Shown: piece by piece, positions 25,118 to 38,832 of the stretch
How the letters are laid out: the number at the start of each line of letters is the position of its first letter
Position numbering within the stretch: the stretch's first letter is position 1
Assembly (NCBI GenBank): GCA_025201805.1
Contig: MU619249.1
Span: forward strand, 1 to 64,000
Source: Parasitella parasitica NRRL 2501
Lineage: Eukaryota; Fungi; Mucoromycota
Length of the DNA: 64,000 bases
Direction: 5' to 3'
Notes under the pieces: generated by a model
The model's database searches: none
What the model was told of the DNA's origin: nothing
What the model saw: the letters and a program-made list of their open reading frames with translations, nothing else
Position numbers and translations under genes: made by a program

Positions 25118-26929
25118 TTATGCAGAAGCAGCTTCGATGGCTTGGTCTTCTTGAGGCTCACAAGATGAGTAGGATGGCGGAGGTGGTATATTGACTGAAC
25201 CTTCAAAGTCTTGTTCATTTACATATCTATACATTTGCAAAATAAAATCAGAGAGAAAAAAAATTGGTATTATTACATGTGTTTCGTTTTATTCTTCTAC
25301 TTCATATCATTATTTACATGAGTGGTTCATCGCTGTTTGACAATCTGTTCAAATGCAAATACACATCCGTGCCATATCTAATGGAGACAAATGTTAGTCT
25401 ATAATGGACATGACTCTTATCAATGTAAACTTGTACCCCTCCATCGAAATCAATTTGAGATCTCCTCCGAAATAACGAGCATACTGTAAGTCAAGTGATC
25501 AGTGATTCGCAACTATTTTGATCTGAGGAGATACTTACCAGTCTAGAAATTGGTAAGCCATAGCCAAATCCTGCCATAGGTGCTTTGAAGTCTGACAACC
25601 CAGGTTCTAGCTCTTGTGTCTGTGCAGTGGTATACTAATTACTCGTAGCATTTAGCTCCTAAACCAAACATATACTCTCCAAAATTGTGTATAAACTCAC
25701 CATATAAGTCCATACCAAAGGAATGCCTGAGCGAGGGATTCCTCCACCTTCATCCGAGATTTTAATTGTGATGTCTTCTTTTCCGTGAGCAATGACCAGC
25801 TTGATTGCGGGGTACTCATCCTCATAGTCCATCCCATATCTCTCGACAACGGCACGTAATGAATTCTTGAGCAATTCAAACAGCATATGATTCAAATGGG
25901 AAGGCACATACATCATCTCAATATCTCCAGGACAAAACATGTGAACCTCAGGTGCTCTAAATAGACCGTAGTGTTCTTCGCAGATAAACTTGGCGTTTGC
26001 AATAGCGTCTAAAGCCACATCACGAAGCTTTGTTTTTGTGCAAATGACACCCACATAATCCTTCCTGCTTGGTCCTCTGTATAATGCCACATGCTGGCCA
26101 ATCAACATTCGAATGCCAATACGGGACATGTAGAATCGATCTAAAAATCGCTGCACCTCTGTGTCGATGATTGGCGAGTTCAAATGTTCCTTGTATTCCA
26201 AAATACCCTGAGCAATGGTTGTCACTACGGGGTCGTGTCTCCTCTTAACTTGCTCGATAGTCTTTACGAACATATTGTTGTACTCTATAATTTCCGGCGA
26301 ACAATCAATCTGATCGATGTTGTTGTAGTATCTGGTTTTGAAAGTTAGTTTTTGGGGAATAGTATAGACTCAAATGCCAATACCTGTGACCAATGGGAAC
26401 TGAAGGATGTAATGAATTGTACGTTGGCTTGATGATACGAGCAAGTGATGGATTGGGTACACTGTGTGGTAAATTGCTCTCTGCGCTTTTAGAGACGAGC
26501 TGATCTCTCATGGCATTTGAGAGTTGAGGCGGCTGCAGGTCGACGAGATCCTGAAATGACTTTGCATACCAATTTTTCACCTTGATGATGGACGGCATTT
26601 TGCTCAGATTACGGGGTAGTTCTTCCAACTCTTTGACTCGATGAGCAAGCCGAATAGGCAGTTCCTCTGTTCACAATGTGAGATGTGTGTTTGCAGCTAA
26701 GAGCAAAGAAGCTTACCATGCAGAAATTGACTCGCTTTGAACAGTGTGCCTTGAGAAGGCTTTTGGCCTGTTTTTTTTTTTTTTTTTTTTTTAGCAACCA
26801 CATTAAACCACATCATATATGATGAATGTACTCACCAAACATCACCATCTGTCGAAGTGAGACGCCAGTCTGAGGAAATTTTGCAAAATATTTGATTTTA
26901 TCAAATAACTGTGGCGACAATTGAGACAT
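25118..26929 (-). CDS. Mitochondrial pyruvate dehydrogenase kinase (PDK/BCKDK family); stops at 25314 if the last intron is retained, at 25118 if spliced
   Basis: FPQTGVSLRQMVMFG, ELPIRLAHRV, FLDRFYMSRIGIRMLIGQH, ELLKNSLRA, ISDEGGGI, AGFGYGLPISRL and EGYGTDVYLHLNRLS. Confidence 0.93.
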
Positions 26930-27155
26930 TTTGTTTAGCAATAGAAAGGGGACAAGAGAAAGAAAAAAGAAAAGAGACAAAAAGCGAGAAACAAAAATGA
27001 GCTATAAACTCTCGTATTTTGAATGAGTCATTGGTAATTAGAAATGCAACGATCCAACATCACATGAATTTGATCATTTATTGGCTTGATAAGTGCGAAC
27101 TCTGAAGTTACCCCACATTTAATCCACCGTACAGTCCCGGCTGGTAGTTACACAA

Positions 27156-29209
27156 TCATTCGCTTTTTGACCCTGTTGGAGAGAGGATGCTGAAATTGCG
27201 TATCAGCAGGTTGAAGAGGGAACCAAAGAACAAGGCAATCACTGTGCAAGTAAGCGTGATTACATTATACGGCATGCTGAAATCAGGAGTAGGAAGGCTA
27301 ACTAAAAGAGTGTCCGTGTAAATGCGCTGAGGATCGCCACTGACGCTATACAAAGACCATGATAAATACACACATGCACACTTGTCACCCACCACCGCAA
27401 CCTACATTAGCTCATTTCTTTCCGGAATCCAAGCCGTTATTACTGCTGACCTACGGAAAATAGCAACCAAGTCAGTTTCTCACGTTGAGGATTGTAAATT
27501 TGAAAAGCAGCATAGTTTACCCGACATCAAATCCTCGATTCGCATCTGGCCTGTGTTCAGTGTATTTCAAAAAGACCTTTTCGAAATCCATAGACAATGT
27601 TACGACTGAATCTGCTGGCAACAGCAATTCGCATTCCAGCGTAGTCGGTCTGCCTCTGTCAATGGCAGGTTGATAATACATCTGCTGAATAATGTCAGTC
27701 GCATTCTGCGAATTACTCACAACGTCTACTTTGAGTGTGTGTAGATAAAGTTTGAGATACCAGGGCATTGAGTCATAGTAGATGACAGGCATAGGACTTT
27801 GCTTATTTCGATTATGGAAGGTCACCTTTAGGCCACCTCTCTCTTGTCCATATCCAGTGAAATACCTTTCTGCATAGATCATGGGTTGACGAGGCTCCAA
27901 TGCTATATGTGCTTTATGAGTGCCTATACCAGCGAGTCGAGTATAAGCTTACGGTATGAAAAGGAATTTTGCTGCCATGTCATGCGGATATCTAGAGGCT
28001 GATGCTGCAAATGCTTGGGTAAACGATAGATGGCAATTCTGTCTTCGTAATGGGTAGCAGCAGGTTTTAGCTCATAACCATCGTCTGCGTTCACCAATTC
28101 AACCAAGACTTTGCTTTCATTCGCAAGTGAGCAAGCACTGTTCAATTGACGGTCAAACACTGACTCCAGTGACCAGTCTACGATTCAAGATTTAGTCTCT
28201 TGGTCGGCTGCTGGGCATTATATACCTCTTCTGCTTGTATCTCGCACAGGGTCCATGACAGACGTAACAGTTTGCGTCAATTCCAATTCTCTTTTAGTGC
28301 ATGCATCATCCTGAATCGTGCGGTATTTTGAGTCGGTGTGCGGCTGTTCGCTATTACAGAATACTTACAATGCAAATAGATTTAGCATGGATTGCCATTG
28401 AATGAAAATTGGAGTTGTAAATTTTGTGTGGATTCAGGAGCACAGAGATACCCGACTAAATAGACAGCTGTAGGAAAAATGTCAACGCACTACGATATAC
28501 ATCCTTACCTTGGCTTTGCAGGGCAATAGCTTTATCCAGGGAGTCAAGTTCTCAGTACACACGTTTTCGTGAGGTAAGGAGCCATATCGTAACTGCTGGC
28601 CCGCCACATCTTCATCTCCTCTTGTACGAAATGATAGCCGAGGTTCTGTTGTTATGGTTTCGTCGATAAAATTAAGTGAGGCGCAAAATAAACCAGACAA
28701 AGTATTAGTTAGTGCCTTCCAGTGTTTGTCAACGCTATAAAACCACATGAGTATCCACTACTGCCTTTATTTCATCACAATTTACTTTTCTGAATCCTTC
28801 ATCCATGCCCATAATTCCACGCCAGTTCCAGCAGATAGTGTGGGTGGATATCCCCATTCTTCATAATTCCATCGTCCCTGAGTGAAAGAAAGATGCATCT
28901 CGCGTACATTGTATGACTGAAGAACTTCCCCAATTGCTTTTGGATATAACCCATAGTCCAAGACTAGTGACAAGTGGAATATGAGAAACTCATTTATAGT
29001 TGACTATTCGACTTACAAGGTGCGTTTGGTTTCGTATTAGCTTTCACTCCAGTAGTGAATTCAAAATGTCCAAGAAGTTTACCATCAGGTAGGTTACGAA
29101 GCGTCAATTCCTCATTATACTCTTCATAAGCGCGATCTGATAATTGACAACAAGTCTGCTCTATCACAAGTGCGCTCAGACATATACTATACAAAAGTGT
29201 GGAGCGCAT
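27156..29209 (-). CDS. GPI16: GPI transamidase subunit Gpi16/PIG-T, multi-exon
   Basis: Signal peptide, [47 protein letters not shown], and [13 protein letters not shown] followed by a C-terminal TM segment. Confidence 0.95.
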
Positions 29210-30496
29210 ATTGATTAGTGAAAGGAGGCAGAGCAGTACAAGACTTTCATTTCACAACCCACTTTGTGACCGCCAGCCAGCTGCCAGTGGTTTCATAAAT
29301 ACAGTGTGCAAGAGAGATTTGATACTTGTCTCGAGGGACTTTTGGGTTTACCAGCCATACTATTCCTACGAATTGGTATATTGACAGATATTCCTGTTTT
29401 GTTTTTTCATCCTCAAACCTTTTAAAGAAAGGCATTTAGTATACATATCTCAATCTGTACCAAATGTAAACATTGAAATCTCTATCCATCGAACATGCGA
29501 CCAGATACAATGTCACAAATTTAGCATCACTTGCTAGCGAAATGCATGAAACATGGAGGATGTCTTTTAGTTGGAATTTTAAGAAAAAACGAAAGTTCAT
29601 GTTTTGAAACATGCGTGTCTGATTTTGCAGTTTACTGAACAATCGCAAATAAAATCGTTCGATTCGATTCTGACAAAGCAATAATACCTCAATTTTTTGA
29701 TACACAAAAAGGTACATATAAATTATGGTTCTCCTCTTTTTGTTTCTTTGAAATTTTTGTGTTCAGTATCAATAATTATTCGTATGATTAAATGTATTTA
29801 GATAAACCGCTTGTTCCTCCTTCTTAGCATCATCTACGTTTTGACTTTGCAAGCTTGAGCTACTATAAATCCATGTTTTGAAGTAACACCATGGCATTAC
29901 AATTTGGATAATTATTCCACCAACCAATAAAATGAAGGCTATTTTTGCACTTGTACTTTTGAATACACTCTTTAGAACAGTTGATTTGATAACACGTTTT
30001 CTTTGATTTCTGTCAAGGTAAGCTTGTTGAAAATGGTAATACTTGGCTGTCAGAACCAAAGCTGGCTGCAACTTCAGATCTGTTGCTATGAAAAATATGT
30101 ATCTGTCAACATCATTGTCATTGAATGATGTATTCGCCTATGCCAGGGCCGGATAGGTTACGGCATCGAAATAGAGCTTCATCAGATAGTTCAAAGGGGT
30201 TTAATCTGAAATGTAAGATATATAGTGCATTGCGGCGCCTTTTACAATCTTTCTAAGAATAAGCGATAATGACTTTATTACAAGTGAGCGCATACACATA
30301 CTGGTTTCTTTTTTGCCTTTGTGTAATAATGGGTGGGTTAATCGTTGGATTATCGCACCTGGGTTCAAAAAGGCATTTCAATAAGTTATATTGCGCGAGA
30401 GTGAATACCTTTTTTAAATGGACACAACAGATGATTTAGTCTCTTTCCTTTGTTTCCCTCTTTTTCCCTTTTTCATAATTCGCACATTTCACTAAA

Positions 30497-33030
30497 ATGT
30501 CTGAAATGAAAACTCCAGGCGAAAAGGAGAAGCAAGCCAATTTAGGTGCTGCTTGCTTTCGTTGTAGAGGTTTTAGGTAAACTAAGAGATTGATGTAAAA
30601 ATGGAGTGACAACGACATGAACCAACGCAAAACCCTATCATTAGACATGCCTGTGATAGAAAAAAGCCTTCTTGCTCTCGTTGTTATCGAAGAGGGATTA
30701 CATGTGTGTATCCTGAAGCAGCACCAACATTGAAGAAATTGCAGAAAGCCACAGAGACATTGGGGGACAGAATTAAGAAATTCAATGATCGACTCAAATC
30801 AACCGATGTAGCACCTGCGCCTATTTTCAATACCTATCAACCCACGCCAGCTGACCACATAAGTTTCATTAATTCGCCCTACACTGAGAGCATAATCTCG
30901 ACTTATTCAGACGACGAATTATCAGAGGAGCCAGGGCCCAAGAGAAAAGCAAGACGCAATGGCAGAGTGGCATCCACCAAGAGCTTCTCTGTTTATCCAT
31001 GTACCAAATGTTTTAAAGATCTACAGCAATGCGATTTAGCGCTCCCAAAATGCAGTCGATGTGAAGCAAACAACTTTGAGTGCGGATTCAAAAAGACAGA
31101 ACCAAAAGCAAGCCATGTATCACAAGTATTGAACACAATGAATAAAGTTATGGATCAGTGGCAGGATTCCATTGATCGCATGGCAAAAGATTTTGCCCAA
31201 AAAACCAGAGATTTATCCGCCAGGGCCAACCATTCACTTAAGATAAAGCCTATAACACAAACTGCATGGAAAATAACAAGCACTAAAAAAGGATTGTCTG
31301 TTGAAAGTAATGTCAATTCTTACAACGATCTGTCTACACTTGTCGATCAATTCAAACGATCCATGACGATATCTAAAAAACCGAATACGCCGCAAAGAAA
31401 CAACAACATTAGCAGCACTTGCGACACAACAATCGAGCCGGCCCCACTTGAATTTGACGACACCCGATCCGTTCATACCAACTCGAGTTTTGCTGTTTGG
31501 AACCTGTGGGCTCATCCAACACACACAATGCCTCAGGATTATCCGATCGATATTTCTCAAGAACTGACAGATAATCTAGTGGATTTGTACTGTCGCACTC
31601 CTTGTTGCTCCTCAATTCGCCTACCTATTATAGACACAAAAGAATTCCTTGTGCGTTATCGTGATCCAGATCCAGCCAAGCGTCCATCTACTATTTTAAT
31701 TTATGCAGTTTGCGCCATGGCTGCCAGGAATGCCTTTCAGTTACACGTTTGGAGTAAAAGACCTTCCTGCGATGCTCCTCAGTATAATATGGGTAAAGCC
31801 TTGTCCGTAGCGTATTGCCTTCGCGGTCGTGAATTGTTGGCGGAATGCTTTGATGAACCTACATTTGACAACTGTCAAGCCGCATTCTTATTGTCGTACT
31901 GTAATTACCAAAACGGATATCCTGGCGTGATCTACTTTTACGAATGGATTGCTTACACGATGGCTCAAGAATTGGGCCTTTATAACCCTCACCGCAAATT
32001 GAAACCGTATGAATCAATGCTTATTTGGTCGATTTACTACTGCAATGCCTGGTATAAACTACTGCAAGGAAGCGATGGCTCAGATTCTTCTGGCCTGAGT
32101 CAGTGTAGACCATCTTTATCTACTATTCCCTCTACACTACCTCCAGTGCAAGAAAATGCAGAACATAATGAGTCTGCTGTGCTTGATCATTATGTTTGGA
32201 ATTCATGGGTTTATCTGATCAAATTACAAGTGATGCGCGAACAATTTATGGCGACGCTTGTTTCGCATCAAGATAACCCTAATTTGCCTCAAGAACTGCT
32301 GTCTATGCAAGCGACTCTTGGAGAATTTCATTCGAGTTTACCACTCGAATGGCAAAGTTTGGCGAGTGTTGATGCGGTTGACATATCAAGTCATATTAGC
32401 GCACCTGAAAATTGCTGTTCTACGCCCTCTTCTCCTTCTGCATCATCAATTGGCAATGTCGATGCACAGTATAATGTCGATATCAGAACTTTTGCTCGCT
32501 ACTGTATAAATCTGGTTAGCCTTCATTACAGCATGAATCAAATTATCATAAACCAACCATTTGTGCCCATGTATCGTGCTCCATCTACACCCATGTCGAT
32601 TCAGAGCTTAGAAATTAGCCTTGAAGCAGCAAAAAACATCACCTCAATATTTGAAATTATGGTGCATCAGAAGGAAGAATGCCATGTTCCACTTGTGGGG
32701 TTCTTGTTTGCTAACATCGTGTATAGAAAGCTGTTTAGTTATACAACCGATGACCATTATTATGAGACTGGAAGGGTTGGTTTGCTGAACTCGCTTGATA
32801 TATCAAAATCGTCCATCAATTATACGTATGATTTTGAATTGGCTCGCACACTAGTTAATTTAATGGAGCAAGACATACAGCACATCATCTGCCCAGGCTC
32901 GAGTAATTACATGTCAATAGACTCATCTTCTTCTGCTATCAGCACTCAATCCCCACCGACGCCAGCTGCTCAACAATATGTAAATGAAGAATTTTATGGT
33001 AAATACTCTGCATTTTTTGAAGTTTATTGA
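30497..33030 (+). CDS. Fungal Zn(II)2Cys6 transcription factor with two zinc clusters and a fungal TF middle-homology region
   Basis: Intron 30577-30644 joins CFRCRGFRHACDRKKPSCSRCYRRGITC. A second cluster CTKCFKDLQQCDLALPKCSRCEANNFEC follows, then a QAAFLLS..MAQELGL region. Confidence 0.88.
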
Positions 33031-33852
33031 CGAGAAACTGATTCTCTTCTCAATGTTTAGTTAGTTGTCAGTCAGAACTGATAAAATAGATGAAGTTCCA
33101 TCTGTTTGTATTATTATTTTTACATTATTTTAACGACGTATCAAAAACCCAATATCTACAATTTTTATTTTTATTATGATATCCATCTCATTAATACAGT
33201 ATCACCTAATATTTCGCGCGCACAAACCCACACATTTAAATTATACAATTTATAACCTAATTCTGAAGAAAAATATGTTGCATATTACCAGTACAATAAA
33301 TCCTATTATTTAATCGTATTTGTACGTGGCATATCCAGCTAAAATGCCTATGGCACTCTACTACCTTTAGGCATTTGTATGTATATGGAAATAAATATCA
33401 GATAATATTTCATATATAGTGAAGCATTTTTGTTTTGTTTGGATGTGTGAACCCCATCAAAATAAAATTACAAATGTGCAGATTTATTTGTATTCATGTG
33501 CATCATAAAAAAGTGTATTTAAAGATATTGAAGTTTTCAATAGAATCCATTTATTATATAATCAAGCTTATAATAAAAAAGAAAAAGCTTTGATTGTCAT
33601 AGTTACGCAGCAAGAACGTTTCCTAACAATTAATGAATTTTGTTACTTTTCTGTTTTTTTTAACCTGGTTTAAGAAAAAAGAAGAGGCCCTTATTAACTG
33701 GAGATAATTTGTACAACCTGACAACAATAATTTTGTTGTGTTCTGGACTCTCTAAGCACTAATTAAAGTTTCCTAGGCTGGTCATGAACTTTAGTCTCTA
33801 ATGTGTTGGATGTCAAGTTTTACTCTGTGGCAGCACAAGCAGGCATATGTAA

Positions 33853-33862
33853 NNNNNNNNNN
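33853..33862. other. Assembly gap (10 N)
   Basis: N run next to a homopolymer. Confidence 0.99.
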
Positions 33863-33989
33863 AAAAAAAAAAAAAAAGACCCAGAACAATGATGGGTGGT
33901 CTCGAATGCGATCGACACACCCATTTCTATATATATTTCACCCCTCTTATTTTTTCATCGTTTTACGCATCTCTTTTCTTCTTTCTTAC

Positions 33990-35198
33990 ATGAAAAATAC
34001 GGCAAATAAGCGACCAACAAACTTATTACATTTATCTCTTGAACTACTAATGAAAATAGCTAAATATCTTAGCTTTTCTGATCTTTGGTATTTAGCAACG
34101 AGCTCAAAATCTTGCAAAGCATTGGCGCATCAAATAATTTGGCACAAATATCATATCGATTTATCAAGACCCCAATTAAATCAATTCAATCACATTGTTC
34201 ACGCTGCTTTAGCTTATATCAGTAGACATGGATACGTACCGCACACAAACACCATCGATCATGCAATCATTCAAAGCGTATCCAACAGACTCGCTGTAGA
34301 AATCTATGACAGATCGCCTCTCAAAAATTGGGAGCCATGTCTAGACTTTTTTCTTGATAAAACCCTTGGCATCATACTAGATCATGTGTTTCTTGATCCC
34401 CTACTGGACACCGTACCAAAGCATACATCCTTCGCCGACCTCAGCTATAAAGCAGAATATCATCGACATATGCTGATGACTGAATTCTACCCCACAAGAG
34501 CTGGAAGATTAACGACATGCTTTTTAACGACACTTTATCCTACAATGATGGCATTATTTGAAGCAGATCCTACAACAGAAATTCATCATCGATTGCTATT
34601 GAATCACATCAATCGCCATTTGGATAACATGTCAAGTCGCTACCATAGCCATCATCAACGTCGACTTTTCCTCATCACATCCCCGAGGTCCGCCCGAACC
34701 ACGGGTTTGGCAGCCGTTCAACAGCATAATCAGTTTTTACGTCTAAACTTTCGTATTCTTATTCGGTTTATTGGATCATTAGTCCAGACTGATCTTCTTT
34801 CGGCTAATGATCTAAACATTATCACTCGACAAAGAATCCAGTTCTTTTTCCTGACGACATCTACAAACAATAGTGATGAAGAGCCCTTGAAAAAACGAGT
34901 CAAATACACAACGCCCAACAGTTGTGGAAATAGCAGCAAGCACAAAATTACATTTTATGAATCGTTAAAAAACAACACAGCTAATTACTGCTGGCAAATG
35001 TGGTTGGAAGAGATCGAATTTCAAATGGAAATATTTCTAGATCTTACTCGAGCCGTTCTTTTGCTGGAGCAATCATCCCATTCTAGAACTGATATCAACA
35101 TTGTTTCTTCCATGTTGGATGATACTGTCTCGGCTTTGATTTCAAAAAGAACAAGTGAAGGTTCTATCAAACTGGAGGCATCCACCAGTACAGTATAA
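33990..35198 (+). CDS. F-box domain protein, intronless
   Basis: N-terminal LLHLSLELLMKIAKYLSFSDLWYLATSSKSCKALAHQIIW fits an F-box. The ORF is about 400 aa. Confidence 0.72.
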   Translation: MKNTANKRPTNLLHLSLELLMKIAKYLSFSDLWYLATSSKSCKALAHQIIWHKYHIDLSRPQLNQFNHIVHAALAYISRHGYVPHTNTIDHAIIQSVSNRLAVEIYDRSPLKNWEPCLDFFLDKTLGIILDHVFLDPLLDTVPKHTSFADLSYKAEYHRHMLMTEFYPTRAGRLTTCFLTTLYPTMMALFEADPTTEIHHRLLLNHINRHLDNMSSRYHSHHQRRLFLITSPRSARTTGLAAVQQHNQFLRLNFRILIRFIGSLVQTDLLSANDLNIITRQRIQFFFLTTSTNNSDEEPLKKRVKYTTPNSCGNSSKHKITFYESLKNNTANYCWQMWLEEIEFQMEIFLDLTRAVLLLEQSSHSRTDINIVSSMLDDTVSALISKRTSEGSIKLEASTSTV

Positions 35199-36460
35199 CA
35201 AACACTTGTACTTCATTTTATCTATATATCGTCCATCTTTCTGTACATTCATTTTTACATGTAAATACCTTGTATACCATATTACTAATAAAATCAGTTT
35301 TAATAAGATTGTATAATTCGACCTGGGTCACCATGAGAGACATTTCCGACTCTTTTGTTGTAAATCACCATATTTCATCACCAAATGTCATAAAATCATA
35401 TATGATGAAGATTATCCTCATCATCTTCAAGTTTCGAATTATATTTGATTTAGAGCATCTTTGTAATGTATTCAGAAAAGTGCACCCGGACGATCAAAAA
35501 TAATGTGCAGATCCCTTATTTTTATCATCCTTCAAATAGATGGGGGGGTACAAGATTTCCCAGTTTTCATTTGATGTTGGTCCTACCTCAACATTTTCAG
35601 TGAGGCCTCGATTTCTTCCCGTGTATACGATGGGTAATTTATTTTCCGTATTCTTTCTTGTTTATTTGCAAAAAAGAGACTTTATCAGTGTGTTATAAAC
35701 AATATGTCATATGTTTATCTGTTTGTTATATGACTCTAGAAAACAGGAGCCCTTTTTTTTTTCTCGAGTGAATGACTCTGACTATCTTTTGACATAAAGC
35801 ATTTTTAATCCACCCGATAAGCCCGTGTAAATTATCTTTACGTTTCATCTGCATGTAGTAATGCTTATCATTAAAAAAAAAAGGCGATTTTTACTGCTTG
35901 CTAAAGGATTGAATATATGAGAGCAAACATACAAAGTTCAAGGAGAGGCTGTTTTGATTCATGATGGCGCTATTAGATCATCTTCCCAAATGCCCAATTT
36001 GCATGATTCTAGAATCGATTTGCATCGATTTAATCCTTAGCAAACAATAAGTGGATATAATTGCTAGTTTTACATCATGCCTTGCCGCAGGAGTCGAAAC
36101 AGAATCAGTTTAGCCTAGTTTCATCGCACTTGCTCAGAACGAAATCTACAAATCCACAAAACAAGAGCCATTAAAGCTACAGGTAACTGATACAGATGAT
36201 AAAAAGCTACGTAATTCGAATAGGGCTAGAAGCATTTCAAACTGGGCGCAGTAAAGAAACTGATTCATGTGAGGAGATTTCATCAATGACTTGGTTACAT
36301 GGAAAGTCATGTAATACTATTTTATTTCATTTTCATACAAAAAATACCAATTTCTGATCATCTGTGTTCGTCTATCATTAGTAGTATATTATTGAGATGG
36401 GTGTGAACCAGTTGGAGGAATTAGCATTGCAAGCGAGAAGCTGAACAATGCAGGGGTTGC

Positions 36461-36461
<1 letters not shown>

Positions 36462-36543
<82 letters not shown>
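36462..36543. repeat. Poly(A) tract, 82 nt
   Basis: Uninterrupted A run in intergenic DNA. Confidence 0.9.
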
Positions 36544-36545
<2 letters not shown>

Positions 36546-37780
36546 TTAAATTATCATCAAACATGAATTGCCTCGCCTTCCAGCTTATTAAAACGCGAGT
36601 ACTAATCTTTATAAAAATGACGTGCTGCCTTTCCTAAAAAAATGTTTTTATTTATGATCAATGTGATCTCAATAGCCATTGTTTTAAACTGAAGCTTTGG
36701 ACTACTATTCATCTCGCTTTCAGAATGATTCTTTATGTATAGAAGAAGGCAAACTTGTATGGGACATTGTGATGATTTGTTTTAAAGCCCCATGACAATA
36801 CTATTCGCATATTGAAATATTATTGCACAGGTTTTATCGATCATCTAGCAATCTGAAGAATGTGTTTGAAGCAACAATGGTCAACTAGCAACTTCACAAT
36901 TACGATAATCAGCTACACCACAAGTAAGCTATATTGATTCGATATGAATGCATCAAAGGGTAATTGGCAGCCAGTAAGACATAGTGAATGGCAGTTTCGA
37001 CTAGGCTTTCGCGCTTTTTTACACGCTAGAGTTTCTCGTTATTGCGAATGACCTGCAACAAGCTACTGGTGAAAAAACCACAAAACCTGTTACCACATCT
37101 AAGATTTGACGATATTAATTGCAATAAAGCTTAGGTTTACAACTATTATTACCTATCGTAACGTGGCGCACATTCCATGTACTCTTTCAAGAGGCAGAAC
37201 ACCTTAAGAGGCACAATTTCGATCTTGCAAAGCAGCGTCTACATGACAGGCACCACTCATCACCACTTTAACAGTAGCGTTGTCGCTTATTTAACTATTT
37301 TAGGGCAACATTTGTAAACCAAGTGATTTTCTTTGTAGCAAATTGTTGTTCTACAGTTATGCCTTTATGATGATATACAAAATATGTGTTCTTGATTGAT
37401 ACTTGTACATTGTTATTTTTGCTAAATGTGTTATTGTATTGATGATGGAAAATTACAGATTTTCCAGTAGGTCTTCACAAATATCACCCAATTTGCGGCA
37501 CAATCTTGAAGCGGACAAAAAGAACAAGTATCGTTTGTGCTTCTTTCAAAGTACCTTTGTTTAATTTCGTTATTATTCTTTGTGATACAAGCACAATAAA
37601 CATAGGCATGTAAAAACTGAGAAATACTACAGATCAAACAATAGGACCTACTAGATTTATTTCTCCTTTCTTTCCCTACTGCATACTTATGTCTTCAAAA
37701 TGCTCAACTTTGAAATATCACTATCAATTTTCTTTGCCCTAATTTATCTTGTTCCTTCAACTTTTACCAAAAATGAGGAA

Positions 37781-38412
37781 ATGGCGCAATTATTTGATCA
37801 GTTCTCATATTTGATGTTTTTAGACGATGGTTTAGTATGGAAAGAAAAAGATTTGTCTACTTGGAAGACCCTTGGTAATACATGTAATTCTGTCAATCAA
37901 AACCTCGTTCTGAATTTGATGTTGACAGATAATAATCATCCTGCTTGTGTTTACTCGGTGCAAATAACGCCTTTAGAGAATAGCGATATGCCAGTGCCTC
38001 TTACAAAGCATTCCTTTATCAAGGCCAATAAAAAAAAAGTGGCAATCAAAGGTAGTTTGTCAAATTCCTCTCTGAATTAATAATGTTGCTCATTCAACTT
38101 TTTGAATCATACTTTTTAGCTGGGTGTTTTAAAGATCGTATTGAACAAATGAGAATTGCAAAGTATAAAAGAACGATAAAAAATCAGAAAAGCGAGATAA
38201 TTCATTTAGCATCTGGATATTACGAAGTGCCATCCATTTGGGATGCCAATTGCCATGATATAAATTCAATTATTCTGCCAATCTACATCCAATTGTGTAA
38301 GGTTTTATACGTTGTAATACTTTACTTTGGTTTAGCTTTTGGGTTGCTCGTCAAGGTATTAAAATGTTTGTACCTCTGTCTTATATATTATAGCCAAATG
38401 GCAGCCGAATAA
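37781..38412 (+). CDS. Hypothetical two-exon protein with a hydrophobic C-terminus
   Basis: Donor AAAG|GTAGTT (~38052) and acceptor TTTTTAG| (~38119) join ORFs 37700..38080 and 38083..38412 in frame. No recognisable motif. Confidence 0.45.
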
Positions 38413-38832
38413 ATAGCTCAAGCGTAGAGATAGACTCATTTGATTTTTTTTCTCATTGATCCTGATTCTTTGTTCCGAATATTTATTTTAACAACATTAA
38501 GTAAATGATAGGCGAAATTTCATATGTAAGGAGATATTTATCGAATATCAATGGAGTTTTTGGATACATAGTAAATGTTAATATCTACTTGGTATACAGA
38601 CTAAACTAAAGCGATTTAAGTGGGTAATTTAAAAACGTAAAGCAGTGCATGTGTCGTATGAAAGTACTAATTCAAGCAGAAAGCAACATTATAAAACTGA
38701 CCATTATTCTCGCATATAATTAAACAGATTCACAGATATTGAGAAACATTAGATACTTGAACAAGATGTTTGCAAAGATGTACTCCGTATTAGTTGGCAA
38801 CTTTAGCTGAACATCTTTTTCAAGCCCTAACA

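Noticed and set aside
29247-30180. Short minus-strand ORFs between GPI16 and the Zn-cluster gene
   Set aside because: I could not assemble a consistent start or splice model or recognise any domain. It may be a decayed or orphan gene.
36462-36543. 82-nt poly(A) as a retroposon tail
   Set aside because: No TSD or recognisable element upstream. Homopolymers are common in this window and their lengths are unreliable.
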